A DNA stretch of 64,000 nucleotides from Lytechinus pictus (lineage: Eukaryota), in NCBI RefSeq assembly GCF_037042905.1, contig NC_087246.1, positions 13,392,001 to 13,456,000 on the forward strand, given 5' to 3'. Position 1 is the stretch's first letter, and each line of letters opens with the position of its first letter. Position numbers and translations under genes: made by a program. The notes beneath the pieces were generated by a model. It had not been told where the DNA came from and ran no database searches. It saw only the letters and a program-made list of their open reading frames with translations. This document shows positions 13,901-26,486 of this stretch, piece after piece.

Positions 13901-15028
13901 CTTGAATACAATGGAGAGTGTTGGCATGAAATCCACTCATTTGAAAATGAATGAAACTTTCTCTCAGTCAGAATCCCTATACAAAATCAATTGAATTTCT
14001 TCCCCCTAAATTAATTTACAGTACAAAAAAATAGCTCTCTCTTTCTCGAAATAAGTTCTTCAATTCTTGCAAGTTGCAATACAAAACATGTTTACACTTG
14101 GCCAACATGAGGATCTATAGTTTAATGATTATTATTACATGTACTGTATGTTCCAAACATTTCTTAAACATGGGATCTTCTGCATTAAATGTTCAAAGGC
14201 TTGGGTAAGATTGAATATGCTACAGTAAAAGCTCATATGATTCATTGTTGTTTTTCAAAAGGCTAACTGAATGAGATTGCATCTGGCAACATGGTAATTT
14301 CTTTAAATGGCTCGTTCAAAGAAAATAATTGACCAAACCTGTCACTAAGCCACCCTCTTCACAAAGTACCCGGTACATGTATAAATGTGGGACACCACGT
14401 TCCAAATATCTGATAATCCTGATTTAACAAGTTTGGTCTTTAATATAGAATAGTTTGTGTAAAAAAAAGTAGAAAAATACGAAAAACAGAATGGTTAAAT
14501 TTAAAATTAGAAAATTGGTATCTTGGAAAGTAGATTGTGACAAGTGGCAAGACAATTCTTCTTTTTTTTCCAGCACTAATTATCTCAAACCAGTTATTCA
14601 AATATAGCATGGATAAGTCAGTTTTAAACTTTTATATCAATAAAAAAAAAACAATTCTGAGTAAAACTTTACATCTAAGTCATTGATATTTTGTGTATTT
14701 GAGTTGATGGAGTAACTCATCATCTTCACCTACGTTGCTAATGAGGTACACCTAACATGTACATGGTGCAAGCTCTGATGTGGTGTGGTGATTACTATTT
14801 CTTAAAACTTTCAATATATTCAAAACTTTGAATTTGTTTAAATAATCTTTCCCCAATCAACTTCTATGAGTTTTCTCTTAAATTGTTAAAATAACTTTCA
14901 ACTGAGGCTGGATCCCTTTTTAATGCAGGTATTGCACCCATAGTAGCCCTTTCCCGTCTACATCTAAAACTGATACTCCTGTTGGTTCAAGTGAGATGGA
15001 TTATAAAGAAAGAGGTGTGGTGCCTCAC

Positions 15029-15995
15029 CTGGGACATCATACCACTGTGCTCCATTGGTAATCCCTCCAGGAAAATTCTCACTGTAACCAGGACAACCAG
15101 GATTAGTATGCATCACCCGATGATTGTTGGAATACACTGTAGCCAACTTCTTGAAGAGTGCATCATCAGGAGACTTGCTGTAACTCCCAAGCTGATTTGG
15201 ACGATGATTCCGGGTGTCATCGAAAGGATAACTGGCAACAAGGCTTCCTCCGTGCAAGTTGGACGAGAGCACGAACGGATTGCTCTCAATCCATTTCATC
15301 ATTAGCATGGTCTCCTTCTGACGATTCTTCCATTTATCTGCTGGGTTGGTGTGGAACTGGTCTGGGAAATTACGATTCAAATCAACTCCATTTGCATTTT
15401 CCCGTCCTGAACCAATACCTTGCCAAGAGCATTCCCCTTCATGAGCCATATGAAATCCATCAGGATTCATGGTTGGCATGATATAGATGTTGGTCTCATC
15501 CACAATTTTCGTCACTCTCTCATCTTTTCCATAATTCAGGAGCAAGTGCTCAATGAGGTAGATGAGAATCTGCCGTCCGATAACTTCATTTCCATGCATA
15601 TTACCAACATATTTAAACCACGGCTCTTCATTCTCAACAACCCCTGGCTTGTCTGTTATTTGCATCACCCACAACTCTCTCCCTTGTACACTCTGCCCAA
15701 TGCTCGACAAGTTTGTGATTGATGGGTATTCTCTAGAAAACAGCCTAAGAAGGTGGCTCAAATCGTCGTAGGAATGGTAGTACTTTGTATCTATACTGGA
15801 GCTCGTCCGTCTGGATCGGGTGCCAACTCTGTCTGTTTCCTCCCCCATAAGTTCGGCGACGCGACTCAAAGGATGAATCGCAGAAAAGACCGAACAGAAG
15901 GTCAAGATTTGGAGAAGTAATACAAGTAAACAAAATGATTTAGCCAATTTAAGACTACCCATGCCATATCTTGGTGATATAAAATTCGTCATCAT
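15029..15995 (-). CDS. CPD: Carboxypeptidase D, coding exon 1 (signal peptide and most of M14 domain 1)
   Basis: Hydrophobic signal peptide, KYVGNMHGNE zinc motif, GRENANGVDLNRNF and NLHGG. Ends at WYDVP-G|gtgag donor at 15028. The start could be 15995, 15992 or 15962. Confidence 0.93.
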
Positions 15996-16363
15996 GAGGA
16001 ATTCATGTCAGGATTATTCACGAAAAAGAATTAAATGCACTATTTCAGTGGCATCCACACCGGTTTCCGCATCTGGAACTGTCTCTGATGGAAGAGCCAC
16101 GCAATAAATTTAGTCTTGAAGAAAGGAGTTGATCATTTATGATACAGGCAATATTACAGCAAGTAGTTGATGTTGTAAACTCCAAGAGGAAACATTTACA
16201 TATTTTCCCTTTATCATACAAAGAAGTCAATCAATTATCTCAGATATAGTCATGAAAATATTAGAAATCTTAACAATGTATTTTGGAACATTCTCCTTGC
16301 ACGAGTTAGTACCTGTAAGCTTTTCACGAGACTAATCCTGTGAAACAAGTCATGTGACAAAAC

Positions 16364-19278
16364 CATAGAGATGTATACTAGTAACGCTAGAGGGCGTACT
16401 TCGTCAAATCGCTGTGATTACGTGGAGACCGTCCGCCATTGCTCGATAGGTATTCGCAGCCTGCCATGCGCGTACAGTACCTATGGGGCATGTACACGGA
16501 TGAGCACAGAACATGACAAATTGATGACATATGAGCACGAAAGCATATGGAAAAGCAAAATTGTAAATATTGCACTGGATTAAAGTTCAAATACAACAAA
16601 AATCTAGCAAAACTGAGGTCAAAAGGCCTATATAGGCCTATCTATAGCGCATAATATAGGCCGATACAGCTATAATACAGGCAAACGATTTAAAGTCCCA
16701 ATTGTTTTTGCTTAGGTAAAATTTCGATACATTAATATGACTTCTATTTTCTAATGATTTGGAAGAGATGAATATCAAAAATAACATTTAGGCCTAGGTC
16801 CTGATAAATAAATTTAATGTGTTTTAATATGATTTGATGTACATTAACCTAAGAAAATTCATAGGCCATATCACAGTGATGCATCTGAGACGCTGTATCG
16901 AAAAAAAAACCACGATTGTATTTTTATAGTTCATAGTTTCCTAATTACTATTATGCTGATTGCTGATAATTTATTTCTTCACTTTAGATAATTGTTATAA
17001 TTCATTTTCCATATATATCTACACAATAGGGCCTATAATAACTCGATCCCTTTTCCCCATGTCTTACACGCTGATGTAAACCAACATCACAAAAACTCGC
17101 GAATCATAAAATGACTTTTTATTGATATTTGGAAATGATTTACGCATTGATTCAGTTAAAAATTGATGATTTAGATTTCCTTTGCTGGCAACCATCCCAT
17201 CATATTTATAAATATGTATATAAAAGTATACTTTCTTACTTGCGATCAATGTATAGAAAAGTTTGTTGACAGCAAAATTTGCATATCAAATGCGCGCATG
17301 CAGTCGTACAATTTTGCAATGTACAGGAGGCCTAATGGGGGGTTGGATGTTTATGTACAGTGTTATTGCCTTGCAAACATTTTAAAACTTCGGAGAGTAA
17401 ACAAATCACAATGCGCAAAACAATTTTACTTTGATTTTCTGGAAAGTATAGACTTGATTCTCCCCGGCTGAAAATATGCTGATCGGCAAACTGGCTGAAA
17501 TATTTTGTTTATCGCCGTTGTTTCTGATCCTATAATGATTGGACCAATATCATGTGAACAAATCAAGGATAGAATAATAAGGAGAGGAAGAAGGGGGAGA
17601 AGGAGAGAAGAAAAGGGGCGGGATTATGATATATAATTTGTATTATACTATAAAGAATATTATTACTACTGCAAGAGTGTATAAAACTAATATCATGAAA
17701 GACATCAATGCAAACTTATCATAATTATGAAAACGGTTGCAATTAAAATTGTGAGTACTAAAACCAAACATAATTATGAAACAATAATATTGCAAAAGTG
17801 ACAATACTTGGAATAAGATATTAAAAATCCTAATTTAATCTCAAATTTGATACCTGCCTTGAAATTGTGTTAATTAACTGTGTCTGTGTCGCTTGAATAA
17901 ATGAACTTTATGGCAAATATTTGTAAGCACTGGCACCGGCCTAACATATAAACAGATAAACACGCGTTTTGAATATCCAGTTTTGTTTTTCATTTTAAAA
18001 GTATAACTGAATTTGATTTTCTAGTTTTCTTCCTTTAATGTCATTTGCTGGCCTATGGACCTGAGTTTGGTTATTCGATCAGTTTTTTTTTAAATAAGAT
18101 TTCCATGGATGAACAAAATTATTATATTATGTTAATTACGGCGTCGCGGAATGATTTTGAAAGTGATGGGGTGCATAAAATCACAATCATTTATTATGTG
18201 TAATGTTCATTTTCATTTCAGGGAGGGGTCCGGTCGCGCCCCCTGTATTTTATTTTGATCAGTATGTTAAAGCGAATTTGCTTAGGTGTGTTTGTTATTT
18301 TAATTGCACACACGGCCCCTAAAAAGCGAATTAAAACAAATCTAACTTAAAGTGAAGGGAATTAAAACTGTCATTTTTGAAAAGTTTGAACAAATTAGGC
18401 TATATTCTCGACATTTTAAATCAATATTTTATTTTCGGGCCATATAGGCCTGCAGATTTTGGGGAATTTATTATGTTCCTATAAGAACAAAATCAGCACG
18501 TTCACCAAATAACACAAATTTCAACATTGATGGTGTAACGGGAGGCTCACCAAGAACAATAATGAGATGCCCTTTAATAGCGCATGTAGATCAAAACACT
18601 AACTTATACAGAATTATTGTACAACTTAATATATAAAAATGATAGGCCTATATTTCATACAAATTAAAGCAAGTTACATATCATGTAGGCCTATATAGAA
18701 ATTACAAAATTATATCCAACATAAACATAGAATCAAAGGACGTAAATGTGGGAAGGATGGAAGGAGGACGATGCAGCTTAAAGGTAGGGAAATCCAGAGA
18801 AGGGCTAATTCACTGCAGTCTTTTGAATTAATTGTCAATCTTTCTATTAATGTCCGCTGTATGTTTTTATTTTTATATGATTGTTTATATGATAGTATAT
18901 CAACATTGTTATCTATTACAGGCCTATAAACGGACAGGTAAATGCAAATTATTTAGAATTTCATCCCGAGAAATCAGGTTTTTAAAATGCCAAATTAATA
19001 GCATAATCCCCATGTAATCACTCTAATAGTGTATTGAGATGCAATTTGTCATTCATATTTTCGATTTTTATGAGGTTGTGTTCTTTTCTTCAAGAAAAAG
19101 GCCGGAGACGGCACCCCTTTTCACAGCGTTACAACGCACGAGCTATGGGTACATCCGGGTACTTTTGCGAATCTATACCTATCGAGCAATGGCCGCCACG
19201 CTCCACACAATCACAGACGTTAAGTACGCGCGCCTATGGCGACTCCGCACTCTAGCGTAGTTAGTATACATCTCTATG
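16364..19278. mobile_element. Non-autonomous DNA transposon, P-element-like (CATAGAG termini, 8-bp TSD)
   Basis: TIR catagagatgtatactagtaacgctagag / ctctagcgtagttagtatacatctctatg. Perfect TSD gacaaaac at 16356-16363 and 19279-19286. No transposase ORF. The superfamily is inferred from the CAT terminus and 8-bp TSD. Confidence 0.85.
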
Positions 19279-19298
19279 GACAAAACAAACTTGGAGCC

Positions 19299-22232
19299 AC
19301 CGGCAGGAAGTTGGTTGGATGTTCGATATTCGATATTCAAACTGTGAAGTTGGTTCGATATTCAGGTTCGATATTCAAACGCGTGTGAATTTGGTTGATT
19401 TTCGGTATTCAAAAATTAGGGGTTTTGAAAGCTAAATAGGGGGTTTAACACGTCTTTGGTTTAACAGGTGCAGCACGTCTCGGGCAACCATAAATCCACT
19501 GGCTTTCCCTAGTACGAGGACATTCAAGGGACAACGTCAGTAAAAATAAGGGCATGAAATTTTGATTTTTTTTTTCGAGGGGCCCCCAGATATCCCGACG
19601 GCCTAGCCAGGGTAACCACGTATCCTAACTTGTAGAACTCGACTCGGGCAACCAGATAAACACTAGCTTGACCCGGCGCATGCACATTTAGGGGGCTCAA
19701 ATTAACAAAATTAAAGGGAATAAAGGGCTATTTAGAGCATTATTTTAATTTAAAAAAAGTATTTTTTTCAAGGGGCCCCCAGGGATATCCCGACGGCCTA
19801 GCCAGGGTAACCACGTATCCTTACTTGTAGAACTCGACTCGGGCAACCAGATAAACACTAGCTTGACCCGGCGCATGCACATTTAGGGGGCTCAAATTAA
19901 CAAAATTAAAGGGAATAAAGGGCTATTTAGAGCATTATTTTAATTTTAAAAAAGTATTTTTTTCAAGGGGCCCCCAGGGATATCCCGACGGCCTAGCCAG
20001 GGTAACCATGTATCCTAACTTGTAGAACTCGACTCGGGCAACCAGATAAACACTAGCTTGACCCGGCGCATGCACATTTAGGGGGCTCAAATTAACAAAA
20101 TTAAAGGGAATAAAGGGCTATTTAGAGCATTATTTTAATTTTAAAAAAGTATTTTTTTCAAGGGGCCCCCAGGGATATCCCGACGGCCTAGCCAGGGTAA
20201 CCACGTATCCTAACTTGTAGAACTCGACTCGGGCAACCAGATAAACACTAGCTTGACCCGGCGCATGCACATTTAGGGGGCTCAAATTAACAAAATTAAA
20301 GGGAATAAAGGGCTATTTAGAGCATTATTTTAATTAAAAAAAAGTATTTTTTTCAAGGGGCCCCCAGGGATATCCCGACGGCCTAGCCAGGGTAACCACG
20401 TATCCTAACTTGTAGAACTCGACTCGGGCAACCAGATAAACACTAGCTTGACCCGGCGCATGCACATTTAGGGGGCTCAAATTAACAAAATTAAAGGGAA
20501 TAAAGGGCTATTTAGAGCATTATTTTAATTAAAAAAAAGTATTTTTTTCAAGGGGCCCCCAGGGATATCCCGACGGCCTAGCCAGGGTAACCACGTATCC
20601 TAACTTGTATAACTCGACTCGGGCAACCAGATAAACACTAGCTTGACCCGGCGCATGCACATTTAGGGGGCTCAAATTAACAAAATTAAAGGGAATAAAG
20701 GGCTATTTAGAGCATTATTTTAATTAAAAAAAAGTATTTTTTTCAAGGGGCCCCCAGGGATATCCCGACGGCCTAGCCAGGGTAACCACGTATCCTAACT
20801 TGTAGAACTCGACTCGGGCAACCAGATAAACACTAGCTTGACCCGGCGCATGCACATTTAGGGGGCTCAAATTAACAAAATTAAAGGGAATAAAGGGCTA
20901 TTTAGAGCATTATTTTAATTAAAAAAAAGTATTTTTTTCAAGGGGCCCCCAGGGATATCCCGACGGCCTAGCCAGGGTAACCACGTATCCTAACTTGTAT
21001 AACTCGACTCGGGCAACCAGATAAACACTAGCTTGACCCGGCGCATGCACATTTAGGGGGCTCAAATTAACAAAATTAAAGGGAATAAAGGGCTATTTAG
21101 AGCATTATTTTAATTAAAAAAAAGTATTTTTTTCAAGGGGTCCCCAGGGATATCCCGACGGCCTAGCCAGGGTAACCACGTATCCTAACTTGTAGAACTC
21201 GACTCGGGCAACCAGATAAACACTAGCTTGACCCGGCGCATGCACATTTAGGGGGCTCAAATTAACAAAATTAAAGGGAATAAAGTCGAGTTCTACAAGT
21301 TAGGATACGTGGTTACCCTGGCTAGGCCGTCGGGATATCCCTGGGGGCCCCTTGAAAAAAATACTTTTTTTAAATTAAAATAATGCTCTAAATAGCCCTT
21401 TATTCCCTTTAATTTTGTTAATTTGAGCCCCCTAAATGTGCATGCGCCGGGTCAAGCTAGTGTTTATCTGGTTGCCCGAGTCGATTTCTACAAGTTAGGA
21501 TACGTGGTTTACCTGGCTAGGCCGTCGGGATATCCCTGGGGGCTCCTTGAAAAAAATACTTGTTTTAAATTAAAATAATGCTCTAAATAGCCCTTTATTC
21601 TCTTTAATTTTGTTAATTTGAGCCCCCTAAATGTGCATGCGCCGGGTCAAACTAGTGTTTATCTAGTTGCCCGAATCGAGTTATACAAGTTAGGATGCCT
21701 GGTTACCCCGACTAGGCCGTCGGGATGTCCCTGGGGGCCCTTTAAAAAAATATTTTTTTAAATTAAGAAATATGATAAATAGCCCTTTGTTCCTTTAATT
21801 TTGTTAATTTGAGCCCCCTAAATTTGCATGCGCCTGGTCAAGCAAGTGTTTATGTTGTTGCCCGAGTCGAGTTCTACAAGTTAGGATAATTGATTGCCCC
21901 GCGGCTAAGCCGTCGGGATATCCCTGGGTGCCCTCGAAAAAAAAAGTCAAAAATTAAAAGTTTCATGCCCTTTATTTCACTGACGTTTGTCCCCTCAATG
22001 TTCTCGTACTAGGGCAGGGGAGGGCAGGCAAGCCATTATTTTTATGGTTGCCCGAGCGAGACGTGCTGCACCTGTTAGATCCCCTAATTAGCTTTCAAAC
22101 CCCCTAGTTTTTGAAAATCGAATATCGAATATTGGGCCAACTTCACATGCGTTTGAATATCGAACCTGAATATCAAACCAACTTCACAGTTTGAATATCG
22201 AATATCGAATATCAAACCAACTTCATGCCGGT
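19299..22232. mobile_element. Foldback element (Mutator/MULE-type 9-bp TSD) made almost entirely of long inverted arms
   Basis: Termini accggcaggaagttggtt / aaccaacttcatgccggt. Perfect TSD cttggagcc at 19290-19298 and 22233-22241. Outer arms carry short ttcgata repeats and inner arms carry a 195-bp satellite. Confidence 0.88.
19575..21945. repeat. 195-bp tandem satellite in two opposed arrays (~9 units forward, ~3.3 units reverse, switching at 21285/21286)
   Basis: tatcccgacggcctagccagggtaacc recurs every 195 bp (e.g. 19981, 20371, 20761). The reverse complement begins at gtcgagttctacaag (~21285). Confidence 0.95.
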
Positions 22233-22323
22233 CTTGGAGCCGGGATGTGATGTCTAACTCTAACTAAGAACGTAGAGAGTTGACGGTTCGTTCGCAGACT
22301 TTTTATTGCTAGAATTCTACATT

Positions 22324-22360
22324 ATGACTTCCGTTTTCTTGTATGTCCCCAACATTATTG
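22324..22360 (+). CDS. PIS-like CDP-alcohol phosphatidyltransferase, exon 1
   Basis: ATG...MTSVFLYVPNIIG |gtatg. The VPNIIGYIR N-terminus is typical of PIS/CDIPT-family proteins. Confidence 0.88.
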
Positions 22361-23146
22361 GTATGTTTATGAAACAATTTAGTTTTGTGTCCATTTCAAA
22401 AGATATATTTTATGTAATCTGATAGGGAAAACAGTTTTTATTTAGTTCAGCCCTGTCTGTCATATCATATGCCGTGTTTTGACCGAGTAGGATTCGCTTG
22501 CCTCCCCGACAGCTCTGGCGTAGACGCTCTTAAACTAAAGCCTCGTACTCATGATTTTGGCACGATATATTGGTTGGGTAGTTGTGCTGTTGCTGCATTG
22601 CAGACTTTCATTTGCAGTGCAACGTCAACAACCTTATCGATCTATGTTGGATCTATTTAACACACAACATACAATTAAAATTGTTTTGTTTTTGAAATAT
22701 TGTTGTAACAAACATGACCTCCTGAGTCCTAATTTCCTGAAGTCTAACTCTAAGTAAGACTAAGAGTCAGACCCAGACAGAGACAGTGAGACTGAGTGAG
22801 AGTCTGACAATAAACAACGATGTTGATGAAAGGGCGCTACATAAGCACTTGCCCTATTGGCCAGGGCAGGTAAAAGTTACTTACTTACTTAAATGTTGAG
22901 ATGTAAAGCAATATGCTTATGTGCCCCTCGTTGAGTTTCCTATCTTTGGTCTGGAGTTTGGTAAGGTCTGTACTTCAGAGGATGGTTGTGCCAAAATGTT
23001 TCAAGTCTGGATTTGAACTAATTTGAAAGTTATAGTCGGGCAAGTGTTTTGAAATAAAGACCAAAACTACTTGCCCGAATTGAGAAAGCAATATTCTCAC
23101 AGTGGAATGACCAAACTTAGGGTCGATATTTTTTATATAATATCGA

Positions 23147-24567
23147 CACTGGCGTAAATCCCGGGGGGGATGGGGGGGATATATCCCCCCCACTGTTCGA
23201 GGAGAGGGGGATGGCCTGTACAAACATCCCCCCCCCCCACTTTTTACGAAAGAAATGGGGAAAAAATCACAAGAGATAATTGTTTTATTGGTGAAAATTC
23301 TTCCAAAAATACAGCTTAACAAATAAAATAATATTATTGAATCATAAAATGCAAATAAAGAGCCAGTTCACCATTTCCAAACGAAATACTTATGTCATTA
23401 TTATAACATTGAAGAGAAACCCCCGTTTCTTCCAATTCATCAATGTTGGGGTCTTTGGGAAGGGATTAAGATGGAATGTCAAAAATTTGTTGAATGTAAT
23501 CTCTAATAAAACCATTAAACCATCATGGGGTAAAAAAGATAATAATATTGGAGAGGTATTTGCCATATGGACATACAGTGGCGTAACTACGGGGGACATG
23601 GGGGGCACATCCCCCCCCCCATCGGCTGACCAAAAAAAAAAACGGGGAAAGGGAAAAAAAAGAGGGAGAAAGGAAGAGAAACGTAGTGGGAAAGAAGAAA
23701 ATATTATTCATTAGAATGTTATATTATAACTATGTTAAGTTACATTACATAAGAAACATTTTTATCATAACTTTATGAAACATAATTTGCCCAGGGCCTA
23801 CGTCTTCATTGTTCCTGGTGCTCGCATTGTTTGTTTAAAGAGATATATAATCCTGTTGTACTAAAACATCCCGTTTTCAAGTCAATATAAACCAAATATA
23901 TTTCCTAGCACTTGAGTTATCATTGTTTTATGTAGTGACATATGCTTCTTTTTCATGACTCAAAAGTGATTGCCCCATGTTAAGGTCTTCATATATATGA
24001 AACATTTCCTGTCCGTGATTACGTTTGCATTAGTGGATTGGTGAGATATGTCTGCTCTTCATGAATTCCTAAAATCAGTCCTTAAAATGTCCCTTCTTCT
24101 GATCTGAATATCAAAAATTTTCAGCTCGCGCTTCGCGCTTGCATCATTTGGTCCTATTTAATTCCTACAAAGAAACCTTAGAATGCCCCACTTCAGGTCT
24201 GAATTATCTAAGTTTTCAGCACGCGCTTCGTGCTCGCATTGTTAAGCGAGACAGGTACCTATCATGATTATAATGTCCCTTTTTAAGTGTGAATATAAAA
24301 AAATTTCAGCTCGCGCTTCGCGCTCGCATTATTTGATCAGTGAGATACATATCCGTTTAATGACATTGTCCTTAAAATGTCTCTATTAGGTCACTCACTC
24401 AGTCATTCAAAAATTTTGCTGGTGCCCCCCCCCCCATGCCGTGACCCACGGTCGCCACTGTGGACATATCAATGACAATTCCTTGCATATCTAAAAACAT
24501 GATTGCAAAAAAATGCCAAAATATTTCAGTCATCCCCCCCACCCATCAACACGGATTTACGCCAGTG
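23147..24567. mobile_element. Nested hAT-like MITE
   Basis: TIR cactggcgtaaatccg / cggatttacgccagtg with perfect TSD aatatcga. Confidence 0.85.
23576..24460. mobile_element. Innermost nested hAT-like MITE
   Basis: Termini cagtggcg / cgccactg, perfect TSD tggacata, and internal ctcgcgcttcgcgctcg repeats. Confidence 0.85.
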
Positions 24568-25026
24568 AATATCGACCCTAATTTTGGTCATAGTGGGCAA
24601 GATAAAATCACTTTGGAAAAAGTCATACAATAACAAGGTTCATCAGTTCATGTCAAAAGAGAGAAAAAAAGTTCAATGGTTTATAAAACCACAATACTTT
24701 CTTTTGAAGAGTTAAAACTTTTTTTTTCAAGGATTTTTTCGGGCAAGTGAAATAGATTTTTGGGCAAGTATATTCCAACTATTTAAAAATTTACTTGCCC
24801 AACCGGGAAAGTGCTTCTAAAAAGTTATGTAGCACCCTGGATCATGATGATGATAATGATGAATAATAATGATAGTGACAATATCATTACAAAAAACAAC
24901 AATAATATAAGGATTAATGTGAATATGCCAAAGTAGAGATTTTGCTAGACTGATATATCCGCTGTTCTTTTAAAACATTTTCTAATTTTTTGTCCTACAC
25001 AGACTGATGTCGGCCATTGGGCTCGT

Positions 25027-25620
25027 AGTGGTGGATCTTCAACCGCTGCTTAACTACAGCGTAAAAGGGTGAGCTCGATCACCCTCCTCGATTACTGCTT
25101 AATTCTCCCTTTCGATGGGCAAAAAGGGGTGCAGTTATAAAGAGCAAATAATATTTATAATGTATAATCAGCTTACCACCTTTCCGAAACAGTCATGTGC
25201 TGAAAAATAATGAATTTTTATGACAAAAATGCAGGATCAGCCAGGTTCTTCTTCGATTGTTTGCCGTCATGTTTGTAATACAGCCGAGCGTATGAATGCG
25301 CCAGCCAATCACATTCACGTTTCCATTGTCAGTTCATGAACGGAAAATGGTAACATGAACGTGATTGGCTGGCACTGCATTACAAACATGACGGCGAATG
25401 ATCGAAGAAGAACCTGATCCTGAATGTTAGTCATACAAATTCGGTATTTTCTAGCATATTTCGGAAGGGACTGGTAAGCTGATTATATTCACTATTATTT
25501 TCTTTTTATTGCACTCTTCTTGCCCATCGAAAGTTGGAATTAAGCAGTAATCGAGGAGGGTGGGCTAGCGCACCTTTCCCCATAGACGCTGTAGATAAGT
25601 GCGGTTGAACCTCCACCATT
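25027..25620. mobile_element. Long-TIR palindromic MITE
   Basis: The arms pair along nearly the whole length (ccctcctcgattactgcttaatt / aattaagcagtaatcgaggaggg; ttcttcttcgat / atcgaagaagaa). Confidence 0.75.
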
Positions 25621-26069
25621 ATAATAATAATATAATAATAATACAGGTATATTTACCCAGGGAAGCCGCTTCAGTTCCGAAAACTGTTCTCCCAGCGGGC
25701 CCTGCTATTATTGAAAGCCCAATGGCCGTTGTCGGACTATTGATGGAGGGGATACCATGGAGCCAGACAAATTCTCAGCGGAGCATATCTCTGACAGAAA
25801 TAGACCTATATCGGTCTGAGATTATGCTTGAAATGAATTTCAATGACCTGATGAATGATAATTCTATTATTTAAATAGCAGTTTCGAATTGATTAAAAAA
25901 TTTAATCATAATACTGAATACTAATATATTCTCTGATACTCTTGTAATTAATTCATTTATAAATTAAGGATGGATTTGTAAATATCCCGGCAAAGAATTT
26001 GTAACTAGGTGTCAACAATTTGTATTTGTTGCACATTGATTTATGTAGGTTTATTTCCAATTTGTCTAA

Positions 26070-26486
26070 AGGCGACCGCACACCTTACGACTGGTCTGCG
26101 ACCCGATTTTGGAACAAATCGCATTTTGCTCATTTTCTGAAGATGTGAATGGAACATATCATTTTATTTGAGGTTAAAATTAATTGAAATGATAATATTA
26201 TAACCATTTTGAAAGATTGCAAGCCCTTATTTCGGAGTAAAGTCCAAATTATTTTCAAATCGTAGCCAATCGTACGACTGCTATGACGTCATTACGACTA
26301 GATATTAAATTCGCTTTTATTCTAAGAAGGATGATAGCACAGTCACAAATTTGATCATAGGTATTCGTACGATGATTTAGAATATTACACAGTAAGATAT
26401 TCCAAGTCTCAATATTATCATCAAATTCTACTACATTTTATTCTAGAATCGGGTCGGAGACCAGTCGTAAGGTGTGCGGTCGCCTT
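26070..26486. mobile_element. PIF/Harbinger-like MITE inserted into an older ttggtc/gaccaa-rich element (~26048-26826)
   Basis: TIR aggcgaccgcacaccttacgactggtct / agaccagtcgtaaggtgtgcggtcgcct, flanked by taa. Confidence 0.75.

Larger units (their letters stand above)
22830..24839. mobile_element. Outer hAT-like MITE hosting nested insertions
   Basis: TIR agggcgctacataa / ttatgtagcaccctg, many ttgccc/gggcaa subterminal motifs, and a degenerate 8-bp TSD (gttgatga / gatcatga). Confidence 0.6.

Noticed and set aside
14964-15028. C-terminal tail of the 343-aa ORF as a short single-exon carboxypeptidase
   Set aside because: It is intron read-through past the gtgag donor, and the catalytic Glu lies in exon 2.
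19575-21945. CRISPR-like array
   Set aside because: The units are contiguous 195-bp repeats with no unique spacers, in eukaryotic DNA and inside a TSD-flanked element.
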